Assembly (NCBI RefSeq): GCF_006345805.1
Contig: NC_043004.1
Coordinates: forward strand, 6,014,001-6,078,000
Direction: 5' to 3'
Length of the DNA stretch: 64,000 nt
DNA from: Octopus sinensis
Lineage: Eukaryota
This document shows positions 27,060-39,300 of the stretch, piece by piece. The position numbers and the translations under genes are program-made. The notes beneath the pieces are model-generated. The model was not told the origin of the DNA and made no database searches. It saw only the letters and a list, made by a program, of their open reading frames with translations. The number at the start of each line of letters is the position of its first letter. Within the stretch, counting starts at the first letter, position 1.

Positions 27060-27620
27060 TATCTTTTCTTCAACTAATGTTTTTTGCCAATTTGTTTTTC
27101 TACTGATGTCTGTCAGCCAGTATGCTTTCAATGACTGCTCTGATGAATCTTCCTAGACCAATCTGTCAAAAATTGCAGCCTCTTGTAGCAAAGTCCTCTG
27201 AGTTTTGAACCATAGCTATCAGGTTTTCCCAATCTAGAACCATAACCAAATGTATTTTCATACAAGATACTAATACACCATACAAAGTACTAATGCTTTC
27301 ATGAAAATGCCTCAACCAACCAGCATGACAGCAAACTTCAAATGAAGTGCGTGAGTTTTCCTGCCAAACAGTTCAGCTGAAAGCACCCGAGCCAACAGTA
27401 ATAAAAAGCAAGCAAATTCAACTTTAGGCAGAACTATCCCATGTTTATACAGGTCATGTTGTTTTCCCCCTGTATAATAGTCTCTTACCTCACTCACCTT
27501 TCCAACCTCAGACCAAATGGCCACAAGCCATGTAGGTGATTCTATGTCACTCATTTCAGCAAGTTGTTCTCTCTCCACTTCTTCCACTTTTCTTATGCAA
27601 CATATGTCATATTCAAAAAA
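27060..27620 (-). mobile_element. Highly decayed LINE apurinic-endonuclease remnant
   Basis: Spacing of QLAE..DI....W......G......DYY.GG......HG resembles the APE N-terminus; weak. Confidence 0.35.
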
Positions 27621-27876
27621 GGCACCAACCTTAACTCATAGTGTTTAGTAATAGACATTAATTATAGACAGTGATTTAAATTCCTTGCACTACTTTCATA
27701 TTATCTAGCAAGTTGTATTTAGAGAAGATTCCTAACTGCTATGTTTATTGAATTTTGTTTCATTAATTTATTAGATGTACACTTGGAAATGTAACATTAA
27801 GCTTCCCTCTGCCTCCTTGGGTTTCATAATCTTAGGAGCTGCATGGTGATTTCGTTAGTGCTGGTGGCATAAAAAA

Positions 27877-28182
27877 CATTCAGTGCATGCTGTAAAGTGG
27901 TTTGTATTAGGAAGGGCTTCCAGTTGCAAAAACCATGACAAAGAGCATGATGCAGGATCTATTGGATCCTGTCAAATCATTCAGTGCATGCTGTAAAGTG
28001 GTTTGTATTAGGAAGGGCTTCCAGTTGCAAAAACCATGAAAAAGAGCATGATGCAGGATCTATTGGATCCTGTCAAATCATTCAGTGCATGCTGTAAAGT
28101 GGTTTGTATTAGGAAGGGCTTCCAGTTGCAAAAACCATGACAAAGAGCATGATGCAGGATCTATTGGATCCTGTCAAATCAT
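27877..28182. repeat. Tandem triplication, 3 x 101 bp
   Basis: Units start at 27877, 27978 and 28079; only one substitution seen (catgaCaaag vs catgaAaaag). Confidence 0.92.
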
Positions 28183-28234
28183 GAAATCCATGCCAGCATG
28201 GAACATGAACATTAAATGATCATGATCTTTAACC

Positions 28235-29870
28235 TCCTCATGTTTATCATAGTCATCCAGGCAAAAACAGAAGAATTCAAGATGAGCTGCCCCTGGGAGC
28301 TCCTTTATGCTGATGGCCTTGCTCTAATAGCTGAAGCACTACCAGAACTAGAGAAGTATCATATGTGGAAGCAACGTCTAGAATCGAAGGATTTTACAAA
28401 AACCAAAGTCTTAATAAGTAGGAAGGTGGACAAATCACAAATCTTTCAGGTAAATGACCCTGCTCAATCTGTAGAGAAGGCGTAGGTAGAAACTCCCTAA
28501 GTTGTACCCAGTGTAAGCTATGGACACATAAGAGGTGCAGCAATATCAGAGGAAGGTTAACAGGGAAGATAATTTTTGTGTGTGGAAGGTGCACAGGTAC
28601 AAGAAACACCAAAAATGTACAGAAAATAGATTCCATCTCATGTCGGGGGGAAAACTAGTTGTCGATAGTTTCTGTTACCTAGGTGACCAAGTTAGTAGCG
28701 AGGGTGGATGCTCTGAGAGCATAGCTGCTAGAATAAGAATAGGCTGGGCAAAGTTCAGAGAGCTCCTACCTCTGCTGATAACAAAAGGCCCCTCACTCAG
28801 AGTGAAAGGCAGACCATATGATGCTTGTGTGCAAACAGCCATGCTACATGGCTGTGAAACATGGGCTGACTGCTGAGGACATGCGTAGAAATGAAGCTAG
28901 TATACACCGTTGGATGTGTAATGTCAGTATGTATGCATGATAGTGTAAGCATCCTGAGAGAAAAGTTGGACATATGAAGCATCAGTTGTGGTGTGCAAGA
29001 GAGACGACTGCACTTATATGATCATGTGATGCATATGGATGAGGACAGCTGTGTGAAGAAGTGTTGTGTTCTAATGGTGGAGGGAACCTGTGGAAGAGGT
29101 AGACCCAGTAAGACATGGGATGAGGTGGTGAAGCTTGATCTTCAAATGTTGGGCCTCGTAGAGGCAATGACAAGTGACCAAGACCTTTGGAGATATGCCA
29201 TGCTTGAGAAGATCCATCAAGCCAAGTGAGATTGCAGTCATGGCCGATACCAGTGTCATATAGCTGGCCTGTTAAAAACACCCTTCAATTGTTAGCTGAT
29301 ATGCTATGCTTGTGAAGACCTGTTGAACCGAGTGAAATCACAGTCATAGCCGATGCCAGTGCTGTTTGACTGGCGCCCATGTCAGTGGCACGTAAAAGGC
29401 AGTTCAAGCATTGGGCCTCATGGAAACAGTAATGCCAAGCCAAATGAGATCATAGTGGTGGCTGATCTAGTGTCATATAACTGGCCCGTTAAAAGCACCC
29501 TTCAATCATTGGACAATATGCTGTGTTTGTGAAGACCTGTCGAACCAGTGAAATTGTAGTCATGGTCGATGCCAGTGCCATCTGACTGGCAGGTAAAAAG
29601 CACCGTTCAAGCGTTAGGTTTCATGGAATTAGTGACAGGTGACCAAGACCTTTGGTGATATACAGTGCTTGTGTAGACCTGTCAAGCCAAGTGAGACCAT
29701 AGTCATGGGCAATGCCTGTGTCAGATCATTGGCATGTAAAAAAAAACACCCATTATACTCTGAGTGGTTGGCGTAAGGAAGGGCATCCAGCCATAGAAAC
29801 CTTGCCAAATCAGTCAAACCGTCCAACCCATGCCAGCATGGAAAGTGGACAGTACATGATGATGATGATC
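28235..29870 (+). mobile_element. 5'-truncated RTE-clade LINE (RT C-terminal half + 3' UTR + (GAT)n tail), decayed
   Basis: PWELLYAD.LAL; VDSFCYLGDQVS..GGCSESIAARIRIGWAKFRELLPLL; CGRGRPSKTWDEVVK; ends atgatgatgatg. Confidence 0.9.
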
Positions 29871-32060
29871 ATCATCATTATGATGAAATATTGCAGGTTA
29901 ATATAATATTTGAAAATTTTAGTGTAGCCATTTTCTTCATATGCAACATTGTGAACAGCCAATATAAACCCTTGGATGTTAATTTTACTAATCAGGATTC
30001 AGTTGATTGATCAATTGAATGTTCTTATGGAGAATCAACCACCATATTTTGTTTGACTGTAAATCGTATTTACTTCATAAATCAATAAATAAGTCAGATT
30101 AATTTTTTTGTTGTTTTGCTTTTTGTAGAATTGAATTTATTTTAGAATTTCCGCGATACTCTGTACTGAAGTAGATATGATTCAAGTTAATAAATGCAGA
30201 AATTTATGGTAATATGTTGATTATTTTTATGGAAGTATTTTATTTTCAGTTTTTTAGTGAAAATTTGATAGGAATTACTTTGAATTAATCTATTCAAATG
30301 GAAAAAAGTGTTGCCAATTTTACATGTTTTGTAAAAGCTTGTTTAAAACTCAGCTTCCTGATTTTGCCTTAATGTTGGTGCATCAATTAACTAATTGTAC
30401 TATGCACCAGTATCTGAGTCAAGAAATCTATTTTATTACTGCTAATTCATTATTACATACTTGCTAACTCTATAGAAATTTACTGTTGCTTGCTTGTTAA
30501 TTTTTAAAATTTCACTACCCTCTGTGCAGTAGTGTTGTTTATATAAAATTATAAATGTAGCTAAGGTGCAGCTGTGTGGTTAAGAATGTAGTTTGGTTAA
30601 GAAGCTTGCTTCCCAACCATGTGGTTTCAGATTCTGTTCCACTGTGCAGCACCTTGAACGAGTGTCATCTATAATCATAGCACAAACAAAGCCTTGTGAG
30701 TGGATTTAGTAGACAGAAAGTGTATACAAGACCATTACGCGTGTGTATATGTGTATGTCTATATGTATATCCATGTATATATATATATATATATACTTGG
30801 AAAAGGATGCGTGGCGTTTGATCATATAATAATAATATAAATAATATATAAATATATGCATATATACATACATATATGTACATACCTACATCTATATGTA
30901 TATATACATGCATATATGGGTGCAGGACATCAAAAAAACGTTGAACACAATGAGAAGCGAAAACATAAAAACAAAAACATGGAAACAAACTATCTTTCAA
31001 ATAACGAAAAAAAAACAGAGTACAAGACATACAACACAAAGAATATTCCCCTTTTTCAGTTGTCCCTGTTTCGAAGGTAAGGACAAGATACGACTTCGTT
31101 GAAACAGTCCTTCCTGCAAAGCAAATCAAATAAAATTTGGGATTTTTGCGGAGGGGTAAAAGAGGTAACAAGAACAGGACAGTAAAAACAAAACAAGACA
31201 GTAAAAACAATAAAAGTAAAAACAGTAAAAGACAGGACGAAGAGAATAACACAGTAAAAACAAATGATGAGGGTTGTTAAGCCAAGACGATGGAAAAATT
31301 ATTTTGAACGCTTGAGGAGACAGCTTATTATGAGAGAGACCAGATAAGTGGTCTTGTCTTGGTGAAGATAGCAGTTGGAAAGATGGCTTTCCTCTGATCA
31401 CGTGTGTGTGTATATATATATATTTATGTGCATGTGTTTGTTTGTGTACCCTTGTCTAGACATCATGTAATGGTTGTAAACATGCATCACCATCATACAA
31501 GTGATGATGTTCATTTCTAGTCTTCTGTGGAAAACACGTCTACCCATGGAATATATCACCTTGTTTTGGAAACAGGAAGTGCATCCAGCCATAGATAATC
31601 ATGGAAAAGTAGACATTAAGAGAATAGTTTATTTGTCTACATGAACTGCAATGTACACAAATAAGTCAATTTTATGTAACAGTTTGTATCCTCATACTTT
31701 ATTGAGCAAATTTTAAAAGTTATGCAACTTTTATATTTTTTATATAAATGATTTTATATCTCATAACTTTTATTGTCAATAGTTTATGTATGCACATACA
31801 AATTTCAAGTTAAAAATTTCCAGTCATATGGATTGTATTATCGTAAAATATGGTCATTGGGGGCCAACTGGACCCCATTAACCTTCTGTGAAATTATTTT
31901 TTTCTGTTCTTTTTGCAGATATTCTGATGAACTATGAGTCAGTTTTCTTTGTATTTGTACTTGTATGAATTGATATACTAAATAATTTTGTTTTATTTTA
32001 TGTTCAGTGCTATATGTATAGTTTATAAAACTATAAAAAAAAAGTGCTAAATTTTTTGTT

Positions 32061-32264
32061 ACTCTTTTACTTTTTTACTTGTTTCAGTCATTTGACTGTG
32101 GCCATGCTGGAGCACCGCCTTTTGTCAAGCAAATCGACCCCAGCACTTATTCTTTGTAAGCCTAGTACTTATTCTATCGGTCTCTTTTGCCGAACTGCTA
32201 AGTTACGGGGACGTAAACACACCAGCATCGGTTGTCAAGCGATGTTGGCGGTACAAACACACAC

Positions 32265-32295
<31 letters not shown>

Positions 32296-32468
32296 CACAT
32301 ATACATATATACGACGGGCTTCTTTCAGTTTCTGTCTACCAAATCCACTCACAAGGCTTTGGTTGGCCTGAGGCTATAGTAGAAGACACTTGCCCAAGGT
32401 GCCACGCAGTGGGACTGTATCCAGAACTATGTGGTTCATAAGCAAGCTACTTACCACACAGCCACTCT
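32061..32468 (-). mobile_element. SINE family A, young copy
   Basis: Full length with many CpGs retained. Confidence 0.9.
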
Positions 32469-32849
32469 TGTTCTGTACTATGCACTCACACATATATACA
32501 AGACTAAACAAATATTACTTTATGGATAGTACGGAAATGTGCAAAAATAGAAGTGGACCTCAATGGTCTTTTGTGTAATTCCAACCCTGCTGACCCTTGA
32601 AGGGTTAATAAGTTAAAATGGTACATTAGCTCATGTTTCATGGTTATGTTGAGTTTGCTAGTCTTTTTATTGCTGTTAACCACCCTTCAGCCAAACCGTT
32701 TGATAGGAAAGCTTCATACTTCTTTTGAAGATTGCCACCTCAGTGTTGAGTGGTTTATGAATATTTGCATTAGTGTTCATACTTATTGAACGCTTTTCCT
32801 TTTATGGAAACATATTAGTTCTGGGGGAAATCTGAGAGCTGTGGTCCAA

Positions 32850-33010
32850 ATTTCTCTCTACAAATGCTTGAAAATCTGTCTTGACAGTTTTTTTTTAGTC
32901 ATATCCTTCTTCATATTCTTTTTCATATGGGTGCAACTGAGATGCATTTCACCATTCTGCACCAAAGATCTTGGTCTTCCATTAGTTTTGGCAGATCCTC
33001 AGTTTCATAT
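32850..33010 (-). mobile_element. RTE-like LINE 3' end remnant
   Basis: Minus frame ...[17 protein letters not shown] resembles RTE C-termini. Confidence 0.4.
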
Positions 33011-33039
33011 TGTGTATGTAAGTGTGCATGTATGTATGT

Positions 33040-33065
33040 ATATATACACATACACTCACACACAC

Positions 33066-33126
<61 letters not shown>

Positions 33127-33588
33127 ATAAGAGTAGATCGTATACGAGTGGGTATATATTTCTAAAAAAGAAGTTTGAAAACGCCTTTTCAAACTTCTTT
33201 TTTACAAATATATATATATATATATATATGTGTATATGTATATATGTGTATATATATTATATATATATGTGTATATTATATATGTGTGTATATATATATG
33301 TATATATGTGTATATATATATATGTGATATATATATATGTGTATATATATATATGTATATATATATGTATATATATGTATATATATATATATGTGTATAT
33401 ATATATATGTATATATATATATTGTATATATATATATATATATATATGTGTATATATATATATTGTATATATATATATGTATATATGTGTATATGTATAT
33501 ATATATGTATATATGTGTATATGTATATATGTATATGTATATATGTGTATATGTATATATGTGTATATATATGTGTGTATATATAATA

Positions 33589-33619
<31 letters not shown>

Positions 33620-33835
33620 ATATGTGTGTATATGTATATATGTGTGTATATGTATATATGTGTATATATATTATATATATATATATGTGTATATATATAT
33701 ATATGTATATATTGTATATATATATATATATATTATATATATATGTGTGTATATGTATATATGTGTGTGTATATGTATATATGTGTGTAATATATATATA
33801 TATATTATATATATATATATGTGTGTATATATATA

Positions 33836-33866
<31 letters not shown>

Positions 33867-33887
33867 GTATATGTGTGTGTATATGTA

Positions 33888-33932
<45 letters not shown>

Positions 33933-33939
33933 ATATGTA

Positions 33940-33984
<45 letters not shown>

Positions 33985-34000
33985 ATATGTATATATTGTG

Positions 34001-34031
<31 letters not shown>

Positions 34032-34038
34032 ATATGTA

Positions 34039-34116
<78 letters not shown>
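33040..34116. repeat. ~1 kb compound (TA)n/(TG)n/(CA)n/(GA)n microsatellite
   Basis: Direct inspection; source of the long Y/I/C/V-rich pseudo-ORFs. Confidence 0.97.
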
Positions 34117-34530
34117 CGTGATAGTTGTGAGTGTCACTGTCAAACAAGCAATGTCATTCATTTCCAATAGTCTGTGTAAACATGTCTGGCCATGTGCTTG
34201 AAGTGAGTTTTGGCAACAGGAAGGGCATCAAGCTGCCTCAAAAAAGCTCCATTTGACCCATGATGGAAAAATGGATGTTAACATGATGATATTTCTCTGC
34301 TGATACCATGCAGTTAAGTGGTCTTCATCCTGTATTAAAGCACAGAAATCTCCAAACTTTAACATCAGATATGGTCTGGTGTTGAGCACAATAAAACTGA
34401 TCTGCAAAGCCTATACGGCATTGAGCTGCAACAGTGGTTGAGATAGGTGAAGTATGTCCAAATATAGAGTACATATTTCAAAACTGTTTATCTTCACCAG
34501 CTCTAAGATATCGAATAAATCGTTTGTTGA

Positions 34531-34748
34531 TATTAGTTTCTTATTTTGGCACAAGGCCAGCAGTTTCAGGATAGGGATCAAGTCAATTACATCAACCCCA
34601 GTATTCAACTGGTACTTATTTTATCAACCCTGAAAGGATGAAAATCAAAGTCAACATTGGCAGAATTTGAACTTAGAATGTAAAGACAGGCAAAATACTA
34701 CTAAGCATTTCAACTGGTGTGCTAACGATTCTGCCAGCTCACTGCCTT
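34531..34748 (-). mobile_element. SINE family B
   Basis: Same motifs, reverse orientation. Confidence 0.75.
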
Positions 34749-34788
34749 ACTATTTGTTAATATTAAAGATTACATTTTTTGCTTTTTT

Positions 34789-34839
<51 letters not shown>

Positions 34840-35423
34840 CTTCTCTGTCTCTGTCTATCTCTCTCTCTATCTATCTATCTATCTTTATTTTCTCTATATT
34901 ACAGATCATGAAAAAACACTTTCTTCAGAATTGGCGGTTGACATAAATATTTACTTAGATATTTCTAGGACAGTCAACAACAAGGAAAAAAAAAACTAAT
35001 GTTTTCTGAGAGTAAACTATGCACTGTATTTAATTCAGTTGATATCTAAAATAAACAGGTACTGGAATATTTATAGCATTTCCAACTCTTGGAGACCTTT
35101 CACTAGATTTTTACTTATTTCTTGTCTCGAGAGTTTATAAATTCTAAGCAACTCACAGTTGCATTTTTGTTGGTTTATTACAAATAACAGTTTAACTCCT
35201 TAAAATTTTTCCATGTGTATACATTATCATAACTTGGTATCTTGAATTGTATAAGCTTTCATTGAAGCTTAGCATCTATTAATGGTTCAGTACATAGTTC
35301 CTTATACCTGGAATTGTTACCTGACCCTTTTTTTTCAGTGCCACACCCATGGCAATATATATACATCTCCTCTTAACTTGCTAATGTTAAGGAAAGTATG
35401 CCAGTTAAAGTGTTGTTTTCTAG

Positions 35424-35614
35424 ATTCACAGTCCTATTGAATATTTAAAGTGTACTGCAGTCAGTGCCAATATGAGGCCAAGTGGAGGAGTAACATGCCG
35501 TCCAAAGGACCGCAGTGGACAACGACAGAGTATAGCGTTCCTAGAAAAATGTGCAAAGGAAAAGGAGAAACTGCAAGAACGTCTAACAGAGGGGATGAAA
35601 CGAGACATGCAACG
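35424..35614 (+). CDS. BTBD8: BTBD8-like exon A (ATG at 35472: MRPSGGVTCRPKDRSGQRQSIAFLEKCAKEKEKLQERLTEGMKRDMQR)
   Basis: ttttcTAG acceptor ending 35423, A at -3 of the ATG, donor CG|gtgagt at 35615. The frame is open back to the acceptor, so an upstream coding exon is not excluded. Confidence 0.8.
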
Positions 35615-36155
35615 GTGAGTATAATGGCTTCTGATAGTTTCATTCTTTGTAGCAATGCAGCTGTTTTTAAGAGATTTTCAACTCTCTTATGTATTATCAT
35701 GGAAATACATAACTGGAATATATTATTCCAGTTTCTTTTTGTGATAGTAGTAGTAGTAGCAATACCGACAATGATTAGCAGCAGTAGCACTGTTTTTGTA
35801 TTAATGGTTCTATTTTTATGCCAATTCTCATGAAAATTAATTAGTTCATATATAGTAATATTATTAATGTAATAATATATTAAAATTTAGTACCTAATTA
35901 GACAGTTTTGTGTATTTTGAAAATAATTATAAATACCAGTTTTTCTTTAGGTTCATTTTACCCACTAGTGTTTTTATGTCAAGTTATAAATAAAAACAAT
36001 TGAAAAATTGATTTTTTTTTTTTTTTTTTTAGTAGAGTACATATTAAACTATTACAAGATGAGTGGTGACAGTAACTCTTCTTGTAAAAGTCACCACTCT
36101 TCTTGTAACAGTGTATGTGTGTGTGTATGTGTATATATGCACACACATACATGTA

Positions 36156-36191
<36 letters not shown>

Positions 36192-36275
36192 GGTTGTGTG
36201 TGTATTTGTGTATGTATGTATGTACAGATATATATATATATATAAAACTATATATAGGTTGTGTGTGTATTTGTG

Positions 36276-36313
<38 letters not shown>

Positions 36314-39300
36314 CTCATGCGCACAAAATATAAATCAAACAAAACCTCATAGAACCTCTTACCAGAATAAAGATTAAGTTGAAGATACTATGACCCAGAT
36401 GGGATTTTGTTAGAAAATACTGTAAATTGATGGTCAATTGATTTAATTTGATGTAAATGCTATAATTGAAATGTGGGATTTGGTTTTAAAGTGTGATTGT
36501 TGGAGGTAACCTAGAAAATTACAAAGGAATTAATGGCAATAATTGTAGATCAAACTGTTTGTTGCTGTTTTGTGTTGATCTTTGTCTGGTTTGTATATAG
36601 ACAATATTGATCATGGTTCGTATTAATAGCAAGTGATTTTTTTCTTTTGTGTCTCTTTTACTAATGCATGCTTTAAGACAGAGGATGTATATGTATGAGT
36701 AAATAGCAGCATATGTTGTTTTGTCGGCGGTGATATTGATGTGTACTCCAACCGGTGGGTCACTTTATCTGCCATTAGAGCCCCATGGTTGAACAGGGAT
36801 TTTGGTTCTATTGTAACATACCAGTTCATTGCATATTGGCATAGGTGAGCGATTGATTAAAACGATCCCAGTGTTTGACTTACGAGGTCTGATCTATAAG
36901 TATCCGGACTGTTGCCATAGTGACGAAGCTACAGCATGCAGAGTGAAGCTGCTTGGCACAGATTGACCTTGATCTCTGCTTTGCATATGCACTAAGTTTC
37001 AACGTTCTAGCTCACTTCTACTGTTTACAGCAGTGCTTGGAAGGAATGTGTGTTGTGTGTGATTGTTGCATTGACCATGACACAGAAAGTTGTCATGGCA
37101 ATACCTGCTCAGAGGCCTACGAAAAGTTGCAGATAGTGTATGGAGAGGAGTGTATCAGCCACACACAAGTGTACGAGTGGTTCAGATGTCTCCAAGATGG
37201 CTGAAAAAATGTCAATAGTGACGAATGTTCAGGGAGAACAGCAACCAGCAGAACTGCGAAAAACATTGCAGAACTGCAAAAAACATCGCAGATGTGCATG
37301 CAGCTGTGAAGGGAAATCATTGTATCAACATTCATGAGTTATCAGAGGATGTGCAATTTAGTTATGGTTCAGTTCAGTCCATTATCATTGAAGATTTGGG
37401 TATGAGACACATGTCTGCCAAGTTTGCACCAAAACTGCTTTAAGCTGACCAGAAAGATCAGTTGCACAAGATCTTCTTGATTGTGTAGAGAATGATGAAA
37501 ACTTTTTGAAAACTTTGCATAGGCCTCTGAGCAGGTATCACCAAGCTTTTGGCAAAATTTGATGCAGATCTCTCTTCAACTTTCTCTGTTATGGTCAATG
37601 CAACAATCATACACTACATACATTCCTTCTAAGCACTACTGTAAAAAGCAGAAGTGAGCTAGAAGGTTAAAACTTAGTGCACATACACAACAGAGTTCAA
37701 GGTCAATATGTGCCAAGCAGCTTCACTCTGCGTGCTCTAGCTTCATTACTATGGCAACAGTCAGGATACTTATGGATCAGACCACGTATTTTATAAACTC
37801 CTGAAGAATAAAAGGCAAGGTTGACTTCTAATGGGACTTGAACTCAGAATGTAAAATACTGAAAGAAATACTGCATAATATATTTTATTGTATCACTGCC
37901 CTAATGATTCTGCTTAATCATGACCTTATTAGTGACAAGTGTGAACTGATATGAAATAAACAAATTTTTTTTATAGCTTTCTTTTGGATGAGAAAATGGA
38001 AGCAACATCTCAGCTGAAGAACTTCCCATCTGTGTATAGATGGGAACATTATAGTGTGTGTGTGTATAAATACATGTGTTAGACAGATTTTATAAATCTT
38101 TTCATATTTATTCTATCTAATCAGAAGAGGGATTGACTCATAGCTGTAAGGTTTGGGTTACAAAGAAATAAAGGAAATAAATGAAGAAGTTGTCTGTTAT
38201 TTGTATTAGTTTAGCAGCAATCACCACCATTAATATGCTCCATGGTTTTAGGTTTTGTTTTTGGTACTGGTATTGATCATTTAAGATAACATTGACTTTC
38301 TTTTCTTGATTAGTTTGGAACTATTTTCATTGTATGTTTTCCAACATAATTTCTTGGAAATAATATTTTTTATTCTCCTTTCAGCATGTTTGATGAAGCA
38401 ATCCACCCAGACATTACATTTAATATAGGGAACAATGAAATTTCTGCTCATAAAATCATCCTTCAAGCCAGGTAATTTAAATATAATCTGTTCCTGCACA
38501 AAGTTCAATTATTTTAGGAGAGCACTGTATTCAACTACATTACATGTATTATCTTAATAATAAAGGGAGAGGGAAATCTCAGTCAGGTATGGTAGGATTC
38601 AGGATTTGAGCTTGTAACTGAAAGGGATGAAACTAACAATGGTAATGCATTTAGTCTAGCACCAGGCTATCTTATGTATCTCTAAAATTATGATATTTAT
38701 AAAGTTCTTTCAGCTGTATACATTTTACTCCATAAATAGTCGAGTTAAAATTCATGCAGAAAATTTTCCAGTGTCACTAGTTTTGGAAAGTAGTTTTTGT
38801 TTTTAACTTCAATGTTGAATATGATTTTTGTTTTTTATATTTTCAATTGAACCATGGTAGAGGTCATTCTTGGAAGCTTTTCAGACCCAGTTACCTTCCT
38901 ATTCAAGTTTTTCATGCAGGTATTAGCCTACGGGTTCTTTTTTATGCATCACCTCTGAGAGAATCTGCAAAAACCATAGGTGTTGTCCTTCCTTCCATAG
39001 TTTATCATGATTTAACGTTCATGTTGACTTGGGTTGGCTTGTTTGACAGGATCTGATTGGCCCAAGGACTCCATCATGCTCCAGTATCTGTTTGACATGG
39101 TTTTTAAGGCTGGATTGCTCTTTCTAATGCTAACCACTTTACAGTGTGTATTGGACGCCTTTTTCATGCAGCCACTACTAGTGAAGTTGCCATGTAGCTT
39201 ACAAAACCATGAAACCTCGAATAAGGAGGGAGAACTTTATGCTAGGAGAATAAAGACTAGATATTAGTAAAGTATGAGGGGAAACAGGCTGGAGCAGAAC

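Noticed and set aside
27877-28182. CRISPR-like array
   Set aside because: Contiguous identical 101-bp units with no unique spacers, eukaryotic context, no cas genes.
30665-31252. 195-aa hydrophobic minus-strand ORF
   Set aside because: Reverse complement of an A-rich repeat plus microsatellite; the apparent transmembrane character is compositional.
32841-34201. Long ORFs (418, 277, 158 aa etc.) in the track
   Set aside because: They are translations of (TA)n/(TG)n microsatellite, which lacks stop codons; Y/I/C/V/M-only composition.
38013-38047. CTGAAGA followed by a 9-bp hairpin (ttcccatct/agatgggaa) as a hammerhead
   Set aside because: No GAAA after stem II and no stem I/III; treated as a chance hairpin.
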